From positions 15,608 to 79,607 of the forward strand of contig JBARXB010000037.1 of assembly GCA_049647165.1 (NCBI GenBank): 64,000 nt of DNA, in the 5' to 3' direction. The DNA is from a bacterium (GTDB lineage: Bacteria > Hydrothermota > Tepidihabitantia > SM23-42). The notes beneath the pieces were generated by a model that was not told where the DNA came from, ran no database searches, and saw only the letters and a program-made list of their open reading frames with translations. Made by a program: the position numbers and the translations under genes. Below, one piece after another: positions 61,516 through 64,000 of the stretch; within the stretch, counting starts at the first letter, position 1, and each line of letters opens with the position of its first letter.

Positions 61516-64000
61516 ATGAAGCAAAATAGTCTGCTCGAGTCCATTTTTATCGGTCGCAAAAAGGAAATCGCTTTTATTAAGAATAAATTCACTCATGCTC
61601 TAGGGAATAGCGGTAATTGTCTCTTTGTCACTGGAGAAACAGGCATTGGAAAATCCCGCCTTGTCGATGAATTCATTTCCAGCAACGCTGGCAATGCTCT
61701 GGTCTTCAGGTTGGATGCAAAGGCACATACCTCAAGCGTACGAGATTTCTTTGCCGAGATCATCAGGTTATACCTGCAGAGTATTAGCCATAGTGCGCGG
61801 ACTATCACAAAGTTCATCGACGATCAAATGTACAATGAGTTCGCCGACACGCTCCCTGAATTGAGTCTATACTATCCGTATGAAGCCAAAACACGAGATA
61901 AAGCAGTGACTGGTTCTGAAATGTACGCTTTATTTTATCGTTTCTTATCGAATATAACAGGTATTGCTCCAGTCGTTATGATCATTGATGATTTCCATGA
62001 ATCAGCCGGTGATGTCCGGGATATGCTCGAGTACTTTCTCCAGCATATAGGAAATGGGCCTACTTTTTTGATCCTTATTGCGCGTGAAAATCCCGCGTTT
62101 TTGAAATGGTTTGATACAGTTAAATCACATTCAGTTGAAAGAATGGTTTTGCATCATCTTGATGAGGAAGAGTTAATGGATCTAAATGCCGCTCTGTTCA
62201 AGAATGAGATGGATGAAGCTTTTATCAAATGGCTGGGTGTGAAAACCAAGGGCGTACCTCTGTTTTTGAAAGAGTTTTTATATGCGATGTTTGAAAAAGG
62301 TGTCATCTATTATGACAGTGAAAATACGCGCTGGAAAGCGATAAGTGCATATTCACGGATCGCCATACCTGATCGGGTGACCGAAATTATCAGGACCCGT
62401 TTCCAGAATATTCCCCATGATAACATCACGTTTCTAAAAGTCGCCTCGGTCATGGGAGAGAATTTTGATCCATCACTGCCGATCCTGAATGCTAAGAAGA
62501 ATGCAATTTCGTCACTCAGACGAATGGGGTTTATCGCGAAAAAACATGATGAATATGCTTTTACACATCCTCTGATCCGGGAGACTCTATACGAGCAAAT
62601 ACCAGTTCAGGAGAGGATAAAGCTCCATAAGAATATCGGAAATTTCTATTTTGAACACGGTTATAAGAGGCAAGCAGCTGAACAATTGCTTTCTGCTCAT
62701 GAAAAGAGCGAAACATTATTAAAGCTTCTTCTCGTGCTCGGAGAGGATTCCCGCCAGGCTGGTGATTATGCCAGGAGTAATTACTATTTTGAAAATGCGC
62801 TGGCCATTGCCCGCCAAAAAAAGAAGATATCACCTAAAAAACTCGTTAACATAATACTCGATTTTTCAAAGAGCTTATTCCTCTATGAAAAGTACGGTCA
62901 GGTTTTTGATCTATCCATAACGATCATTTCCTACATAAAAAAGCACCAACTCAGGGTAGATGATAAAAAGTTATTGCATTATTACAATGAGCTTACGCAA
63001 ACATACATTCATCTGGGGAAATATCAAGAAGCACTTAAAACAGCAAATAAAGGATTGAGGATAATTGAAAATGCAAAACCCGGTAAGTTCATTGGGATAG
63101 AACTCGAATTGGTGATGAACCGTGCTTTTCTATTCAAGAACATGGGCAAGGTCGATAAGGCGCTGGAGCAAGTGCTCAAGATAAAAGACCTCTATGCTGA
63201 GACTGCTTCTTCTTTTGATCGCTATAATATCTACAGGCTATTAGGTGCGATATATAATGAAAAACATGATTTCAAACAGGCAATAATCTATCGCGAAGCT
63301 GCTCTTGTCGCTGCACAAGAAACTCAGGTCGGTCATATTATAGCCGCGGCATTAGGTAATCTTGGCGTTTCATATGCGAATTCCGGTGAACTGAAAAAGG
63401 GAATGGGATATCTGCGGCAATATCAGAATTACAATATGCGCACTGGCAGGCTCAGGGCTGAGATCGTATCATATATACACATTGCACAGATATATTTTAA
63501 TCAGGGTTATCTCACCCAGGCAGACACTGAATTTAACAAGGGTATCAAGCGGTGGGTTCGCTTTGGAAAGCGTTTAAAAGAAGTACAATATGAACTCGAG
63601 TACCGGTACGGAACTTTTCTGGTCGTTGTTGAAGAATACGAACAGGCACGTGAACATCTCATGACTGCGCTAAAGCTGGCAGAAGAGTTTGACAATCAAA
63701 CAGTAAAGATCTATCCGCTTTTAAACCTGGGATGTCTTTATGTCGGTATTAAGGATAAAAAAAGCTTGAATAAAACGCTCAAAACGATTAGTGCTAGTTT
63801 CAAAGATAAAGCAAAAGAATTTGCTACTTTCAATATCCTCCAGGGATTTCAGTCACTCTTCAAGAAGAACCGAAAACAGGGTCTCGAGCAAATAGAAAAC
63901 GGTCTGCAATTACTAAGGTCAATGAAAAACGAAACAGGTTTGTTTAGATTACTCTATTTATGCATTATTTATTTAATAGCAAGCAAAGCAGATGGAAAAA
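61516..64000 (+). CDS. large P-loop (AAA_16/STAND-like) ATPase with C-terminal TPR repeats, 3' partial
   Basis: This ORF is not in the ORF track because it has no stop codon in the window. I translated it by hand and it is open from the ATG at 61516 to base 64000. Walker A is GETGIGKS and Walker B-like is VVMIIDDFHE. TPR-like repeats continue to the window end. Confidence 0.8.
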   Translation, partial: MKQNSLLESIFIGRKKEIAFIKNKFTHALGNSGNCLFVTGETGIGKSRLVDEFISSNAGNALVFRLDAKAHTSSVRDFFAEIIRLYLQSISHSARTITKFIDDQMYNEFADTLPELSLYYPYEAKTRDKAVTGSEMYALFYRFLSNITGIAPVVMIIDDFHESAGDVRDMLEYFLQHIGNGPTFLILIARENPAFLKWFDTVKSHSVERMVLHHLDEEELMDLNAALFKNEMDEAFIKWLGVKTKGVPLFLKEFLYAMFEKGVIYYDSENTRWKAISAYSRIAIPDRVTEIIRTRFQNIPHDNITFLKVASVMGENFDPSLPILNAKKNAISSLRRMGFIAKKHDEYAFTHPLIRETLYEQIPVQERIKLHKNIGNFYFEHGYKRQAAEQLLSAHEKSETLLKLLLVLGEDSRQAGDYARSNYYFENALAIARQKKKISPKKLVNIILDFSKSLFLYEKYGQVFDLSITIISYIKKHQLRVDDKKLLHYYNELTQTYIHLGKYQEALKTANKGLRIIENAKPGKFIGIELELVMNRAFLFKNMGKVDKALEQVLKIKDLYAETASSFDRYNIYRLLGAIYNEKHDFKQAIIYREAALVAAQETQVGHIIAAALGNLGVSYANSGELKKGMGYLRQYQNYNMRTGRLRAEIVSYIHIAQIYFNQGYLTQADTEFNKGIKRWVRFGKRLKEVQYELEYRYGTFLVVVEEYEQAREHLMTALKLAEEFDNQTVKIYPLLNLGCLYVGIKDKKSLNKTLKTISASFKDKAKEFATFNILQGFQSLFKKNRKQGLEQIENGLQLLRSMKNETGLFRLLYLCIIYLIASKADGK

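Noticed and set aside
1-64000. Genome-wide reassignment of TGA to a sense codon (code 4 or 25) as the explanation for the in-frame TGAs at 4458 and 19427.
   Set aside because: - TGA ends many well-delimited genes here.
- One is Hsp20 at 29442-29444, directly followed by an intrinsic terminator.
- Others include the kinase at 45338-45340 (ATGA overlap with the next gene), the M1 peptidase at 52955-52957 and the FG-GAP gene at 60658-60660.
- TGA is therefore a normal stop codon in this organism.

Overview
Interpretation is from reading the sequence and ORF track only; no database search was run. The window looks like a chromosomal segment of an uncultivated FCB-superphylum-type bacterium. It holds about 55 protein-coding genes and no rRNA, tRNA, CRISPR array, transposase or integrase that I could recognise.

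Gene content:
- Eight genes carry a C-terminal T9SS (Por) sorting domain: FG-GAP propellers, M1, M14 and M23 peptidases, a giant multidomain protein and others.
- Housekeeping and accessory genes include the SRAP peptidase YedK, a PurF-like protein, cold-shock protein, rubredoxin (missed by the ORF track), malic enzyme and a class V aminotransferase.
- Transport and regulation genes include a TAXI-TRAP transporter, a Hanks-type kinase, two Hsp20-type proteins, a TetR-controlled TolC/MFP/RND efflux operon, a sigma54-dependent two-component module, a PAS protein, a TonB-dependent-receptor-like barrel and a 3'-truncated P-loop/TPR STAND-like ATPase.

Most unusual observations:
1. Several long intergenic regions are built from phase-locked, degenerate 7-nt (one 8-nt) tandem arrays. 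Some of these start at the stop codon of the upstream gene.
2. Two T9SS cargo genes are interrupted by in-frame TGA codons. One also has a frame change that separates it from its sorting domain. Two further cargo-gene relics lie nearby.
3. A small secreted protein is made of four tandem TonB-box-like motifs.
4. A perfect 27-bp inverted repeat sequesters the start of the TRAP permease gene.
5. A textbook sigma54 promoter with an upstream palindrome precedes an apparently autoregulated sensor operon.
6. A PurF homolog lacks the catalytic Cys1.

Near-consensus TTGACA-16-TATAAT promoters are common.
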